DNA from: Pseudohongiellaceae bacterium
GTDB taxonomy: Bacteria > Pseudomonadota > Gammaproteobacteria > Pseudomonadales > Dasaniaceae
NCBI GenBank assembly: GCA_051277005.1
Contig: JBNMPS010000001.1
Span: 1,337-65,336, forward strand
DNA: 64,000 nucleotides
Reading direction: 5' to 3'
The notes beneath the pieces were generated by a model. That model saw only the letters and a program-made list of their open reading frames with translations, had not been told where the DNA came from and did not search any database. This document shows positions 9,608 to 19,986 of this stretch, piece by piece. The first letter of the stretch is position 1; each line of letters begins with the position of its first letter. The position numbers were made by a program, and so were the translations under genes.

Positions 9608-9793
9608 CCGTTATCTGGACATATACAAGCGCTGCTCTGCTTTTATAGCAGCAAAATCTATGACTCGTTGCCCCTCAGATCACGTCAATCGGGATCAAGT
9701 ATAATGGGATAACTTGAGATGAGAGCGCCATATTCACAGTGTGGGTGATGAAAAGCGTTGTTGGCGACAATGGTTAAAATAACCATAGGGTCG

Positions 9794-10036
9794 TTAAAAT
9801 AAAAGAGTCAAAACAATAAACGGAGATAAATTGAATATAAAAATCAGCAGCTTAAATTGTCCCATCAGAGTGTAATGAATGGTATCAAAACCCTCTTTGC
9901 TTAGGTCAAACCAGCAGCCGTGTATACGCATAACAAAATCTTTGGCGGTACTGATTATTAATAGCCAAAAAACCAAAATGCCGTAATTTAACAGCGTGCT
10001 GTATAGAAAGAGTTGGGTGAGCTGTTGCATATCCAT
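9794..10036 (-). CDS. small hydrophobic membrane protein (80 aa, about 3 TM segments)
   Basis: The ORF has three hydrophobic stretches and lies 36 nt upstream of comM on the same strand. No family recognised. Confidence 0.45.
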   Translation of the reverse strand: MDMQQLTQLFLYSTLLNYGILVFWLLIISTAKDFVMRIHGCWFDLSKEGFDTIHYTLMGQFKLLIFIFNLSPFIVLTLLF

Positions 10037-10072
10037 GGTGTATTCCTTGTTAGTGTAAACCGGTCAATAATT

Positions 10073-11575
10073 CTATTTTAGACCAGCAAACCCCCGGTAA
10101 CCAATGGCTTCCCCTAGGTGAATGTTATTTATATCGTTACTTTGATCTAGATCAGCAATCGTTCTAGCGACTTTCAAAATTCTAAAATAAGCACGAGGTG
10201 AAAGCTGTAAGCGCTTAGTTGCATCGATTAATAGTTGCTGACTAGCGGGGTTAATTGCACAATATTGTTCAATGGCCTTGCTGCTTAATTGAGCGTTAGT
10301 ACAGGCTTGGCGCTTAAATTGAATGTTACGGCTTGCAATAACGCGCTGTCTAACCGTTTTCGAACTTTCAGCGTTCGTTTTGCTGGCTAATAACTCGGCG
10401 GGCAAGCGGTTAACATTAAGCTGTATGTCAATACGATCTAATAAGGGGCCTGAGATCTTCTCGCGATAACGTCGAATTCTATCAGGTGTACATCGACAGG
10501 CCTGCTCATTATCGCCATAAAAACCACAGGGGCAGGGGTTCATTGCTGCCGCTAATTGAAACCGTGCCGGAAAGCACGTTTGGTGGTTAGCGCGTGAAAT
10601 CATGATTTCCCCGGATTCCATCGGTTCGCGTAACACCTCCAAAACATTGCGTTGAAATTCCGGTAATTCATCTAAAAATAAAATACCGTTATGAGCGAGA
10701 GAAATTTCCCCTGGTTTGGGGTTGCTACCGCCACCGACTAAAGCGACAGCCGATGCGGAATGATGTGGGTTCCTAAACGGCCGCTGCTGTAGCAAGGACT
10801 CTTTTGTACCGTGATGAGCTATGGAATAAAGGCTGGCAACTTCGATACGTTCCTTCTGGCTGAGAGGGGGTAAAATCCCCGGCAGGCGGCTGGCCAGCAT
10901 GGTTTTTCCGGTACCTGGTGGGCCATTTAAAAGAATATTATGTTGGCCTGCAGCGGCAACTTCTAATGCTCGCCGTGCTTGTTGTTGGCCTTTTACATCA
11001 TTCAAGTCGGGGTAAACAATTCCAGTGTTGGATATAGGTTGGTATTGGTGCGGCTGTAATATTTCACGCTGATGTAAATGAGCGCAAAGCTGTAACAAAT
11101 TATCAGCACTGAAAACGGTACTTTGTTCGGCCATGGCCGCTTCATTGGCGTTGTCTTTGGGGACTACAATCGCTCGGTTATTTAGCTGGCTTTGTATTGA
11201 TGCTGCTAACGATCCAGAAACTCTTCTCAATTCGCCGGTTAATGCTAGCTCACCAATAAACTCGGTTTGTTGTAATGATTCCAGAGGTACTTGGCCGGAG
11301 GCTGCAAGAATTCCTAGGGCGATAGGCAGGTCAAAGCGACCGCCTTCTTTGGGTAAATCTGCGGGAGCTAAATTAATCGTGATGCGTCTAGCGGGGAATT
11401 CAAAATGAGAATTAATGATGGCGCTGCGAACGCGATCTTTTGATTCTTTAACGGCAGCTTCAGGCAAACCTACAATGTTGAGTACAGGCAAACCATTAGA
11501 GAGATGAGTTTCAACACTGACCAACGGTGCTTCAATACCGCGCTTGGCTCGGGTGTATACAATGGCTAATGACAT
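10073..11575 (-). CDS. comM: YifB/ComM family Mg-chelatase-like AAA+ ATPase
   Basis: The N-terminus MSLAIVYTRA..GIEAPLVSVE is typical of YifB. It has Walker A GPPGTGKT, a Cys-rich CPCG..C.C insert, and 500 aa. Confidence 0.93.
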   Translation of the reverse strand: MSLAIVYTRAKRGIEAPLVSVETHLSNGLPVLNIVGLPEAAVKESKDRVRSAIINSHFEFPARRITINLAPADLPKEGGRFDLPIALGILAASGQVPLESLQQTEFIGELALTGELRRVSGSLAASIQSQLNNRAIVVPKDNANEAAMAEQSTVFSADNLLQLCAHLHQREILQPHQYQPISNTGIVYPDLNDVKGQQQARRALEVAAAGQHNILLNGPPGTGKTMLASRLPGILPPLSQKERIEVASLYSIAHHGTKESLLQQRPFRNPHHSASAVALVGGGSNPKPGEISLAHNGILFLDELPEFQRNVLEVLREPMESGEIMISRANHQTCFPARFQLAAAMNPCPCGFYGDNEQACRCTPDRIRRYREKISGPLLDRIDIQLNVNRLPAELLASKTNAESSKTVRQRVIASRNIQFKRQACTNAQLSSKAIEQYCAINPASQQLLIDATKRLQLSPRAYFRILKVARTIADLDQSNDINNIHLGEAIGYRGFAGLK

Positions 11576-11889
11576 GATCTTCCTTCCTTGGAATACTATT
11601 ATATCTTTATGAATATAAACATATTTGCTAATGAGGCGCGAGTTTTTTAATAAAGCCCAAAAAGACAGCTATGTTAATGATCACTATCGGCAGATCCTAT
11701 AGCGCACTAATTTAGTATCACCCATGCTTTGTCATTAATCATGATGAGCCTATGGGTACGGCAGGTTGGGATATAGAGGATGTTTGATCAGCCCGGGTAT
11801 ACTGTTGGTTTTAAGGCAGCATTTATGTGTGTTAATCGATAGTCGTGGTAATGAGGAGATAACTATTTAAAGCGCGTTTAACCCGAATG

Positions 11890-12315
11890 TTATGGTCTGT
11901 TCTTAGCCCAAAAGTTATGTAACAAAATCTGTGCTGCACCGGGCCTGGCTTCAATGGGGGACAATATACTGGTAATCAGTTGTTTCTCTTCAATGCTGCC
12001 CGTATGACCGTCGGCATCTTTAGTGTTATAAGCCATAGACCAGCCTGAAAATTCACGAGCGGTAATAGTTTTTCTTATTAGCTCGATAACACCCTTGTGC
12101 CGATGATCGTCTAAAATGATTTTATATATTATGTCTAGTTTGTCGCTAGGGCCTTCAAGGTATTGCATGAAGTTGCCACCGATATAGATCAACATACCCG
12201 TAATTTGATGTGCTTTGTTATAGTCACGGGCGTGCGTTAATAAATGAGCAATTTCTTGTGGGGATAAAAGTTTCGTAGCAGATGATACGTAAACTACGGA
12301 TTCTAAAGTTTCCAT
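11890..12315 (-). CDS. short stand-alone BLUF-domain blue-light sensor protein
   Basis: Pattern VYVSSA...ITGMLIY..GNFMQYLEG...D.RH, with the conserved Tyr/Gln/Met-type residues of BLUF. It is 141 aa with no output domain. Confidence 0.85.
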   Translation of the reverse strand: METLESVVYVSSATKLLSPQEIAHLLTHARDYNKAHQITGMLIYIGGNFMQYLEGPSDKLDIIYKIILDDHRHKGVIELIRKTITAREFSGWSMAYNTKDADGHTGSIEEKQLITSILSPIEARPGAAQILLHNFWAKNRP

Positions 12316-12431
12316 GTTATTGCACTTCCTGACGAACCATTCATGGACTCAATACAGCAGAGGTTGAAATATCTACCGTTATTCGTCGCGGTTTTATTTT
12401 TTCGTTAAATAATAATGGTTTTCTATGTTAA

Positions 12432-12620
12432 TTATAGGCTGGAGTTATCAATTTTTTTACGTCGTTCTTGTTCGGCATCTAATAACATGTTTTCTACGTT
12501 TTTGGCTTTTTCAAGGGCTTTGAGCTGATGTTGTGGAATGACGCCTTCAGGTTCTTGGCCAGTGCCACAACCCAACATAAAGCTTATTGTTGTTAGAATA
12601 AAGATATTTAGCGTTTTCAT
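12432..12620 (-). CDS. small lipoprotein (62 aa)
   Basis: Signal peptide ending in the lipobox MLGC. Confidence 0.55.
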   Translation of the reverse strand: MKTLNIFILTTISFMLGCGTGQEPEGVIPQHQLKALEKAKNVENMLLDAEQERRKKIDNSSL

Positions 12621-12690
12621 GTTGGCTCTTTACTGCGATGGTTGTTTGGTATATCGGTACGGCTATTGGAGGGGCTACAACAAGATTCAG

Positions 12691-12927
12691 CTATGGCTGG
12701 ATCTGCTCTTTCAGCTCATCAAATTGCTTTTCTAATTGCTCAAGTTTTTCACGGGTGCGCATTAGCACTTCGGTTTGGGTATCAAACTCTTCTTTGCTGA
12801 TTAAGTCTAGTTGGCTAAAGCTACTACTGGCCAGTGCTCGTAAGTTTTTCTCGATATCTTTTCCAATATTGTCACCGGGTAAAAAGTGTTTGGCCTGCTT
12901 TAAAAATTGTTCAATTCGGTCGTTCAT
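12691..12927 (-). CDS. ubiK: UbiK/YqiC-family accessory factor (coiled-coil)
   Basis: 78 aa, with the FDTQTEVLMRTREKLEQLEKQ coiled-coil typical of YqiC. It is divergent from the glnK-amtB region, as in Pseudomonas. Confidence 0.7.
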   Translation of the reverse strand: MNDRIEQFLKQAKHFLPGDNIGKDIEKNLRALASSSFSQLDLISKEEFDTQTEVLMRTREKLEQLEKQFDELKEQIQP

Positions 12928-13089
12928 ACAACTTCGATCATTTTCGATTAAGGAATGACTCTAATTGTAGGGTTAAGCGCTAGGTTTAGCTATGTTTTGG
13001 CTCAAAATAACCGTGGCTTGGCTATATAAGGGGCATTATATCCGGCTTGCAGGTCGACTGACAGGGTATATTCGCGTTGCACGCTATAT

Positions 13090-13125
13090 TGGTGCGCTTA
13101 ATCCGTGCCGCACCAGAGTAGTGCA
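13090..13125. promoter_or_regulatory. candidate NtrC enhancer sites
   Basis: CGCACCAGAGTAGTGCA (13109-13125) differs from TGCACCA-N3-TGGTGCA at 2 positions. In addition, TGGTGCG (13090-13096) and CGCACCA (13109-13115) form an inverted repeat. The sites lie about 90-110 bp upstream of the sigma-54 promoter. Confidence 0.5.
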
Positions 13126-13199
13126 AAATTTTTATTTATATTAAGTCGTGAGTTCTCTTCTATTGTCTAAGTACTTGAAATAATTTGTTTTTTTATGAT

Positions 13200-13215
13200 T
13201 GGTACGGTCCCTGCA
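13200..13215 (+). promoter_or_regulatory. sigma-54 (-24/-12) promoter TGGTACG-N4-CTGCA
   Basis: TGGTACGGTCCCTGCA has GG and GC at the exact consensus spacing of TGGCACG-N4-TTGCA. It lies about 75 bp upstream of the porin ATG. Confidence 0.6.
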
Positions 13216-13290
13216 AAGAACCCGCTACAGCAAAATCTCTTTCTAAATTATCACTGATAAAAAACGACGGTAGGCAACGGGGATCTATTT

Positions 13291-13952
13291 ATGAAAATAA
13301 TGAAAAGCATCTTGGCGGTTACTTTGGCGGCATCTGCAATATCGTCAGCTACATTCACCATGGCAGAAGGTTCAGTGTCGGCCAATATTGGCTTTGCCTC
13401 AGAATATTACTACTGCGGTATTTTGCAAACTGACTCGTCAGCTAGTGCGGGTCTTGATTATGAAAATGGTGGTTTTTCTCTGGGCACTTGGGTCTCTGAT
13501 GTTGGTGATGGTTTAGAGGTTGATGTTTACGGTAGTTATACCGTCGAAGTGGGTGAGGTTGCATTAAGTGCTGGTGTTACCGGTTACTACTACACCGGAG
13601 ATACGTTTGATGATACCTACGAAGAAGTTAACTTGGGTGCGGCTTGGGGCCATTAAATCTTGGTTACAGCGTTGGTACACATGACAATTTAGACGGCTCA
13701 GAAGAAGATTATGATTACCTAGAAATCACTTATCAGCACGCCACTGGCTTGTATGCCACCTACGGTAGTTTCGATGATGATTTTGATGGCGACTTTATGC
13801 AGTTTGGTTATGGCGCCACGGTTAGTGATATTGATCTAGGTGTTGCGGTTATTTTTGGCAGCGAAGAATTATCACAAGAAGTCGATGAAGATGGCGATCC
13901 AAGTGAAGACCAAGCGATAATATTTACGATAGGTAAATCTTTCGACCTGTAA
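13291..13952 (+). pseudogene. TorF/Gcw_chp-family putative outer-membrane porin, split by a 1-nt frameshift at a G4 run (13646-13649)
   Basis: ORFs 13291..13656 and 13644..13952 read through as one roughly 220-aa acidic beta-barrel-like protein (..EVNLGAAWG|PLNLGYSVG..) if a fifth G is added. It has a signal peptide and ends in an aromatic-rich C-terminus. This family commonly precedes glnK-amtB. Confidence 0.6.
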
Positions 13953-14008
13953 CTTTTAAGCTGGCCGATGAGTATTGCTCGTGGGCCATTTGTTTTGTAT
14001 GTGATTAG

Positions 14009-14362
<354 letters not shown>

Positions 14363-14462
14363 CATTATTGTGAATTAGCTCAAACTTAAAAATATGTCGA
14401 CGTATTAATTTACGACAACAAAAAAGTAAAAAGAGTTACTGGGCTTGTGGAGGGCTTAGATA

Positions 14463-15710
14463 ATGGAAAACCAAATCTTTGAATTACAGTATGCGCTAGA
14501 CACTTTTTATTTCTTAATTTGTGGTGCCTTAGTTATGTGGATGGCAGCTGGTTTTAGCATGCTTGAGGCGGGCCTAGTCCGCTCAAAAAATACCACAGAA
14601 ATTTTAACCAAAAATATTGCGTTGTTTGCCATTGCCAGCATCATGTACATGGTGTGTGGTTACAGCATCATGTATGGCGGCGCTGAATTTAGCCTGTTTT
14701 TAGACGGTATTGTGGGTGACGGCGTAGCCGGTGCCACAGTTGACGATCGTTCAACTTATGCACCCTCGGCGGATTTTTATTTCCAGGTCGTATTTGTTGC
14801 TACGGCGATGTCGATTGTTTCAGGTGCAGTTGCTGAACGTATGAAACTTTGGTCTTTCCTCACATTCACGGTTGTCTTAACCGGTTTTATTTATCCAATG
14901 GAAGGCTCATGGACTTGGGGCGGCATGCCAGTATTTGGAATGTACACCTTAGGCGACTTAGGATTTTCTGACTTCGCGGGTTCAGGCATTGTACATATGG
15001 CGGGTGCAGCAGCAGCATTAGCTGGTGTTTTATTGCTAGGTGCTCGTAAGGGTAAGTACAACGAGAAGGGCGAATCGGTTGCTATTCCCGGTGCGAACTT
15101 GCCGATGGCCACTTTAGGTACTTTTATCTTGTGGATGGGTTGGTTTGGTTTTAACGGTGGTTCAGTGTTAGCGACTGCCAGTGTTGAAAGTGCAAACAGT
15201 GTTGCGGTTGTGTTTATGAACACTAATGCGGGTGCTGCGGGTGGTTTAATTGCGGCGTTAATTACGGCGCGGATATTATTCGGTAAAGCGGATTTAACCA
15301 TGGCATTAAACGGAGCGCTAGCCGGTCTAGTTGCTATCACTGCTGAGCCTTCAACGCCAACGGCCTTACAAGCAACTCTATTTGGTGCCTTGGGGGGTGT
15401 GATCGTGGTATTTAGTATCCTGACCTTAGATAAACTTAAGATTGATGACCCTGTAGGCGCTATCTCGGTTCACGGTGTAGTGGGCCTATTAGGTTTGTTA
15501 TTAGTGCCTATCACTAATGACGCATCATCCTTAAGCGGTCAGTTGATTGGCGCGGCCACTATCTTTATTTGGGTGTTTGTTACCAGCTTTATTGTTTGGA
15601 TGATCCTTAAAGCGGTGGTGGGTATTCGTGTTAGCGAAGAGGAAGAGTACAACGGTATAGATTTAACCGAGTGTGGTATGGAAGCCTATCCCGAGTTTGT
15701 GAATCAATAA
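14463..15710 (+). CDS. amtB: ammonium transporter AmtB
   Basis: 415 aa, polytopic, with Amt signatures (DFAGSG.VH, twin-His region). It is paired with glnK. Confidence 0.95.
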   Translation: MENQIFELQYALDTFYFLICGALVMWMAAGFSMLEAGLVRSKNTTEILTKNIALFAIASIMYMVCGYSIMYGGAEFSLFLDGIVGDGVAGATVDDRSTYAPSADFYFQVVFVATAMSIVSGAVAERMKLWSFLTFTVVLTGFIYPMEGSWTWGGMPVFGMYTLGDLGFSDFAGSGIVHMAGAAAALAGVLLLGARKGKYNEKGESVAIPGANLPMATLGTFILWMGWFGFNGGSVLATASVESANSVAVVFMNTNAGAAGGLIAALITARILFGKADLTMALNGALAGLVAITAEPSTPTALQATLFGALGGVIVVFSILTLDKLKIDDPVGAISVHGVVGLLGLLLVPITNDASSLSGQLIGAATIFIWVFVTSFIVWMILKAVVGIRVSEEEEYNGIDLTECGMEAYPEFVNQ

Positions 15711-15826
15711 AACCAGCCTATTAGCTGGCGATGTTCAGGTTTGGGTGCCTTTTGTTGGTTAATGAGGGGTACCCTTTTTTGTTTGTGCCACCCTTTGTCG
15801 TTAAAGCTTGTTATGATTAGCGATAA

Positions 15827-16195
<369 letters not shown>

Positions 16196-16218
16196 CTTAT
16201 TTAGCCCGCTGTTTCATG

Positions 16219-16252
16219 AAAGCCCCATAGCGACAGCAGTGGGGCTTTTTTT
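16219..16252 (+). terminator. rho-independent terminator after the second P-II gene
   Basis: AGCCCCA...TGGGGCT stem followed by T7. Confidence 0.7.
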
Positions 16253-16526
16253 ATGCCCAATAATTATGGGCAATGGACAATTGGTGCTTCAGAAAATGAC
16301 GATTTGGCCGATGAAACAATAATGACAAATAGAGAGTAATTTGAGTGTGAGCTTAATAGAGCAAATCAAACTATAAAAACACCTCATTAAAATGGCGATC
16401 CGCCATTACTGAGCTTTAAATAATACTTCGCCCATTTAGCCGTGTGGCCAGAGTAGCGTTGAGTTGAGTAGGGGACTGAGTAGTTGATTTGCAGTGCTGA
16501 ACTAAAACGAGAGAGGGTTTGCGGAT

Positions 16527-16790
16527 ATGACTAAGACGTCTCCGTCTAAGTCCAAGAAGCCTGCCGTTCATAGAGCGGTTGAGGCAGCTTTGGATAAGTC
16601 CAATATGGGCGTAAATGATGATAATGCTGAGGAGAGATCCGTAGCATCCAGAGAGCGTACGCGCGATCAGCTGGATGATGCGGTCACCCGGTTCTTAGCA
16701 GGAGGGGGTAAAGTGCAGCAAATTGATACCCATGTCACTGCCGCCCCGCCTAACAAGCCACTGAGTCGCTACGGAGACAGGCCTATTTAA
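16527..16790 (+). CDS. sutA: SutA-like small acidic RNAP-associated regulator (tentative)
   Basis: The C-terminus FLAGGGKVQQIDTHVTAAPPNKPLSRYGDRPI resembles, from memory, the conserved tail of Pseudomonas SutA (..GGK.QEI..NV.ADPP.KP.SKYGSRPI). This was not verified by search. Confidence 0.45.
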   Translation: MTKTSPSKSKKPAVHRAVEAALDKSNMGVNDDNAEERSVASRERTRDQLDDAVTRFLAGGGKVQQIDTHVTAAPPNKPLSRYGDRPI

Positions 16791-16844
16791 TCACGACTCT
16801 CGCGCTAGCTTGGGCTATTAAGTTAGCGCGTCGACAAAGGGTCG

Positions 16845-18347
16845 TTACATTTGAATGAACACGGTCTTGGTTTCTAAAAAATAAGCCAATTGCTCTGGCC
16901 CCATATCTTTGCCTATACCTGATTGTTTGAATCCACCAAATGGCAAACTGTAGTCGCCTCCATCGTGAGTATTAACGCTCACTCCGCCAGCATGTAGTTT
17001 CTTAACGCAGCGTAGTGCACGGCTGATGTCTTGGGTAAAGACAGAAGCAGCCAAGCCAAAGTCACTGTCGTTAGCCAATTGCATCGCTTCTTCTTCAGTA
17101 TCGAAAGCTTGTATAACCAAAACAGGGCCAAAGATTTCTTCGCGAACAATACGCATCTCGTTAGTGGTGTCAGCGAAAATAGTGGGTTGAATAAAGTATC
17201 CTGGGCGATTAACGGCTTCGCCACCTTTAACCAAGCGTGCGCCTTCGTCTTTACCCAATTGAATGTAACTCATGACGGAATCAAATTGCACTTTAGAAAT
17301 TTGTGGGCCTTGCGTTGTGGTTTTGTTTAGAGGGTCGCCGATAACCACCTCATCTAAAGCTTGTGCTATGGCTTGTACGGTCTGTTCATAAATGTCACGC
17401 TGTACGTATAGGCGTGAGCCCGCACTACACACTTGGCCAGCGTTGAAAAACACACTGTTGATACAACTTTGCGCAATATCACCGATGTTGGCGTCATTAA
17501 ACGCAACTATAGGCGATTTTCCGCCGAGTTCTAAGGTGACATGAGTGATGTTTTCAATCGCCGCTTTACCCACGATTTTGCCGACAGGCGTCGAGCCGGT
17601 AAACGATACTTTGTTAACGTTTGGGTGTGACGCCAAGTAGCTACCAACGCAGCTACCTTTGCCGGTGACAATATTAACCACCCCTTTAGGAATGCCTGCT
17701 TCTTCACACAGGCGCGCGAAGAAAAGCATGCTAAGGGGGGTGATTTCGGCAGGTTTTAATACCACCGTACAGCCAACCGTTAAGGGCGCTGCTAGTTTCC
17801 ACATGGCCATATTTAAAGGCCAGTTCCAAGGGACGATAGCACCAACAACACCCACAGCTTGTTTCAAGGTAAAGCCGAAAGCGTTAGGCCTTGAGACGTC
17901 ACGAGTAGCTCCGTCGATTTTAGTTGCCCAGCCCGCCATGTAACGTAAAAAATTGATGGAGCCCATGATATCTACAGGCAGGCAACGGCTGATGGCTTTT
18001 CCCGCATCCATACTTTCTAGCTCAGCTAAGGTTTGTGCGTTAGCTTCCATAATGTCAGCAAGCTTTAAGAGTAGGGCTTGCCTGGCCATAGGTGTCATGC
18101 GCGACCATTCGCTATCTTCAAACGCTTGCTTTGCTGCGGCTACGGCCGTATCAACATCCGCTGCGTCAGCCATCGTTACAGTGATGAGTTCGCCACCGGT
18201 GGCGGGATCTTCAATAGTTGAAGTGTGGCCGCTTGATGACTCAACAAATTCACCGTTGATGTACATCTTGTGGTGTTTGCCTAAAAAATTGCGGGTATCG
18301 TCGGTGACACCGTATTTATCGAGTTGGGCTAGTGTTGTTGCGTCCAT
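16845..18347 (-). CDS. NAD(P)-dependent aldehyde dehydrogenase
   Basis: 500 aa. ALDH motifs: VTLELGGKSP, catalytic Cys context FFNAGQVCSAGSR, and EEIFGPV. Confidence 0.9.
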   Translation of the reverse strand: MDATTLAQLDKYGVTDDTRNFLGKHHKMYINGEFVESSSGHTSTIEDPATGGELITVTMADAADVDTAVAAAKQAFEDSEWSRMTPMARQALLLKLADIMEANAQTLAELESMDAGKAISRCLPVDIMGSINFLRYMAGWATKIDGATRDVSRPNAFGFTLKQAVGVVGAIVPWNWPLNMAMWKLAAPLTVGCTVVLKPAEITPLSMLFFARLCEEAGIPKGVVNIVTGKGSCVGSYLASHPNVNKVSFTGSTPVGKIVGKAAIENITHVTLELGGKSPIVAFNDANIGDIAQSCINSVFFNAGQVCSAGSRLYVQRDIYEQTVQAIAQALDEVVIGDPLNKTTTQGPQISKVQFDSVMSYIQLGKDEGARLVKGGEAVNRPGYFIQPTIFADTTNEMRIVREEIFGPVLVIQAFDTEEEAMQLANDSDFGLAASVFTQDISRALRCVKKLHAGGVSVNTHDGGDYSLPFGGFKQSGIGKDMGPEQLAYFLETKTVFIQM

Positions 18348-18595
18348 GAGGGGCTCGCTATAATTGTCTCTGTAAATTGGGCGTTAACAAATAATCGCAG
18401 TGTAGATGGCTTTTATAAGAAGGGCTAGTGAAGCCAATCCGTTAATAGACGGGCTTTTTAGACCTATTAATCGTTACTGTAAGACTATTCAACTCTTTGA
18501 TTTTAAATGTTTTATATTGGTTACTCTGCTGTTGAGGTAGGTCAATGCGAGTGGCAAAGTAGTGGTTTATACTTATTATATAAGGCTGAAAAAAG

Positions 18596-18621
18596 GAACT
18601 TTTAAGCTATTGGCGCTCTAA
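18596..18621 (+). promoter_or_regulatory. candidate sigma-E (RpoE/AlgU)-type promoter upstream of rpoH
   Basis: GAACTT-N15-TCTAA resembles GAACTT-N16-TCTGA of E. coli rpoH P3. The spacer is 1 nt short, so this is tentative. Confidence 0.35.
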
Positions 18622-18666
18622 GCAAGGGATGATAGAATCGTGCACTGAATTTTTTGGAGATAAACC

Positions 18667-19515
18667 ATGTCAACTGCATTACAGGCTGTTCATTTAGTAC
18701 CAGGGAGTAATCTCAATGCGTACATGCAGACTGTCAACCGTTTCCCTGTTATGTCGGCTGAGCGTGAAAAAGAGCTGGCTGAGGATCTTTTCTACCGGGA
18801 AAACGTAGAAGCTGCTCGTGAGCTCGTTATGTCTCACCTCCGCTTTGTGGTTCATGTTGCTAAATCTTACCAAGGTTATGGTTTGCCCTTAGCGGATCTA
18901 ATCCAAGAAGGTAACGTCGGCTTGATGAAGGCGGTTAAGCGCTTCAACCCTGAGAAGGGTGTCCGTTTGGTGTCGTTTGCGGTGCATTGGATTAAAGCCG
19001 AAATGCACGAATACGTTTTACGCAACTGGCGCATCGTGAAAGTGGCTACCACCAAAGCCCAGCGCAAATTATTTTTTAATCTCCGTAGTTCAAAAAAACG
19101 TTTAGGCTGGTTTACTGCTGAAGAAGCACAAGCGGTAGCTGACGATCTAGGTGTTGATCTAAAAGAAGTGCACCGCATGGAAGGCCGTCTAACGGCCTCT
19201 GATATGGGGTTTGATGCGGGTGCAGATGATGAAGATGATGGTTTTGTGGCGCCTGCACATTATTTGGAAGATCATTCGGCCAACCCCGAAACGCAATTGG
19301 TTGATTCCGACTGGAAAAGTAATAGCCAAAGCCAATTGATGGCAGCTTTACAAGTTTTAGACGAACGCAGCCGCGACATTTTACAAGCGCGTTGGTTAAA
19401 AGACGATAAGGCCACTTTGCATGAGCTGGCAGGCAAATATGGAATTTCGGCTGAGCGTATTCGTCAGCTCGAAGCCAATGCCATGAAAAAATTGAAGGCT
19501 TCAATCGAAATTTAA
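18667..19515 (+). CDS. rpoH: RNA polymerase sigma-32 (heat-shock sigma factor RpoH)
   Basis: RpoH box QRKLFFNLR, region 2 [17 protein letters not shown], and 282 aa. Confidence 0.95.
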   Translation: MSTALQAVHLVPGSNLNAYMQTVNRFPVMSAEREKELAEDLFYRENVEAARELVMSHLRFVVHVAKSYQGYGLPLADLIQEGNVGLMKAVKRFNPEKGVRLVSFAVHWIKAEMHEYVLRNWRIVKVATTKAQRKLFFNLRSSKKRLGWFTAEEAQAVADDLGVDLKEVHRMEGRLTASDMGFDAGADDEDDGFVAPAHYLEDHSANPETQLVDSDWKSNSQSQLMAALQVLDERSRDILQARWLKDDKATLHELAGKYGISAERIRQLEANAMKKLKASIEI

Positions 19516-19534
19516 AAGTAGTGTGACCACCGTC

Positions 19535-19565
19535 AAAAAACCGCCCGTCGTTGGCGGTTTTTTTA
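19535..19565 (+). terminator. rho-independent terminator after rpoH
   Basis: AAAAAACCGCC-CGTCGTT-GGCGGTTTTTTT. Confidence 0.75.
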
Positions 19566-19595
19566 TTTGAGTGCCTAGTTGAGTTTTTAAAAATA

Positions 19596-19970
19596 ATGGC
19601 CAAAACATTCCTGATCATAGCCGCGCTAAACGGTTTTCTAGCCGTGGCACTAGGTGCTTTCGGCGCCCATGCCTTAAAAAATAAATCACCCCCTGATTTA
19701 ATGGCGGTGTATCAAACTGCGGTGCAATATCATTTTTACCATGTACTGGCGTTAATGCTTACTGCCATGCTGTTAATGCAATGGCCTGATGCGCGCTGGC
19801 TAAAAATTAGTGGCTATAGCTTTACCGTAGGCTTAATTATTTTTTGCGGTAGTTTATATGTGTTGGCGTTTAGCGGCATCCGCTGGTTGGGCGCTATTAC
19901 ACCTATTGGAGGTGTGGCATTTATGATTGGCTGGTTAGCACTGGCTATGGGTTTATTTTTACAGCGTTAA
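19596..19970 (+). CDS. DUF423 (YgdD-like) membrane protein
   Basis: MAKTFLIIAALNGFLAVALGAFGAHAL is the typical DUF423 N-terminus. The ATG at 19596 is preferred over the ORF-track start at 19551, which lies inside the rpoH terminator. Confidence 0.8.
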   Translation: MAKTFLIIAALNGFLAVALGAFGAHALKNKSPPDLMAVYQTAVQYHFYHVLALMLTAMLLMQWPDARWLKISGYSFTVGLIIFCGSLYVLAFSGIRWLGAITPIGGVAFMIGWLALAMGLFLQR

Positions 19971-19986
19971 TAAAGAGTTTTAGAAA

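Noticed and set aside
12638-12958. 106-aa plus-strand ORF overlapping ubiK
   Set aside because: It is antisense to the well-supported UbiK/YqiC coiled-coil gene and has a Ser/Phe-rich low-complexity composition.
19112-19618. 168-aa minus-strand ORF antisense to rpoH. Similar antisense ORFs lie within amtB (14891..15340), the aldehyde dehydrogenase (17953..18363), pykA (22205..22660), argE (25275..25733), waaG (38161..38550), gspI (51770..52165) and the secretin (57028..57486, 57483..57914).
   Set aside because: All are embedded in, and out of frame with, strongly supported genes. They have low-complexity or Arg/Ser/Pro-rich composition typical of shadow ORFs.
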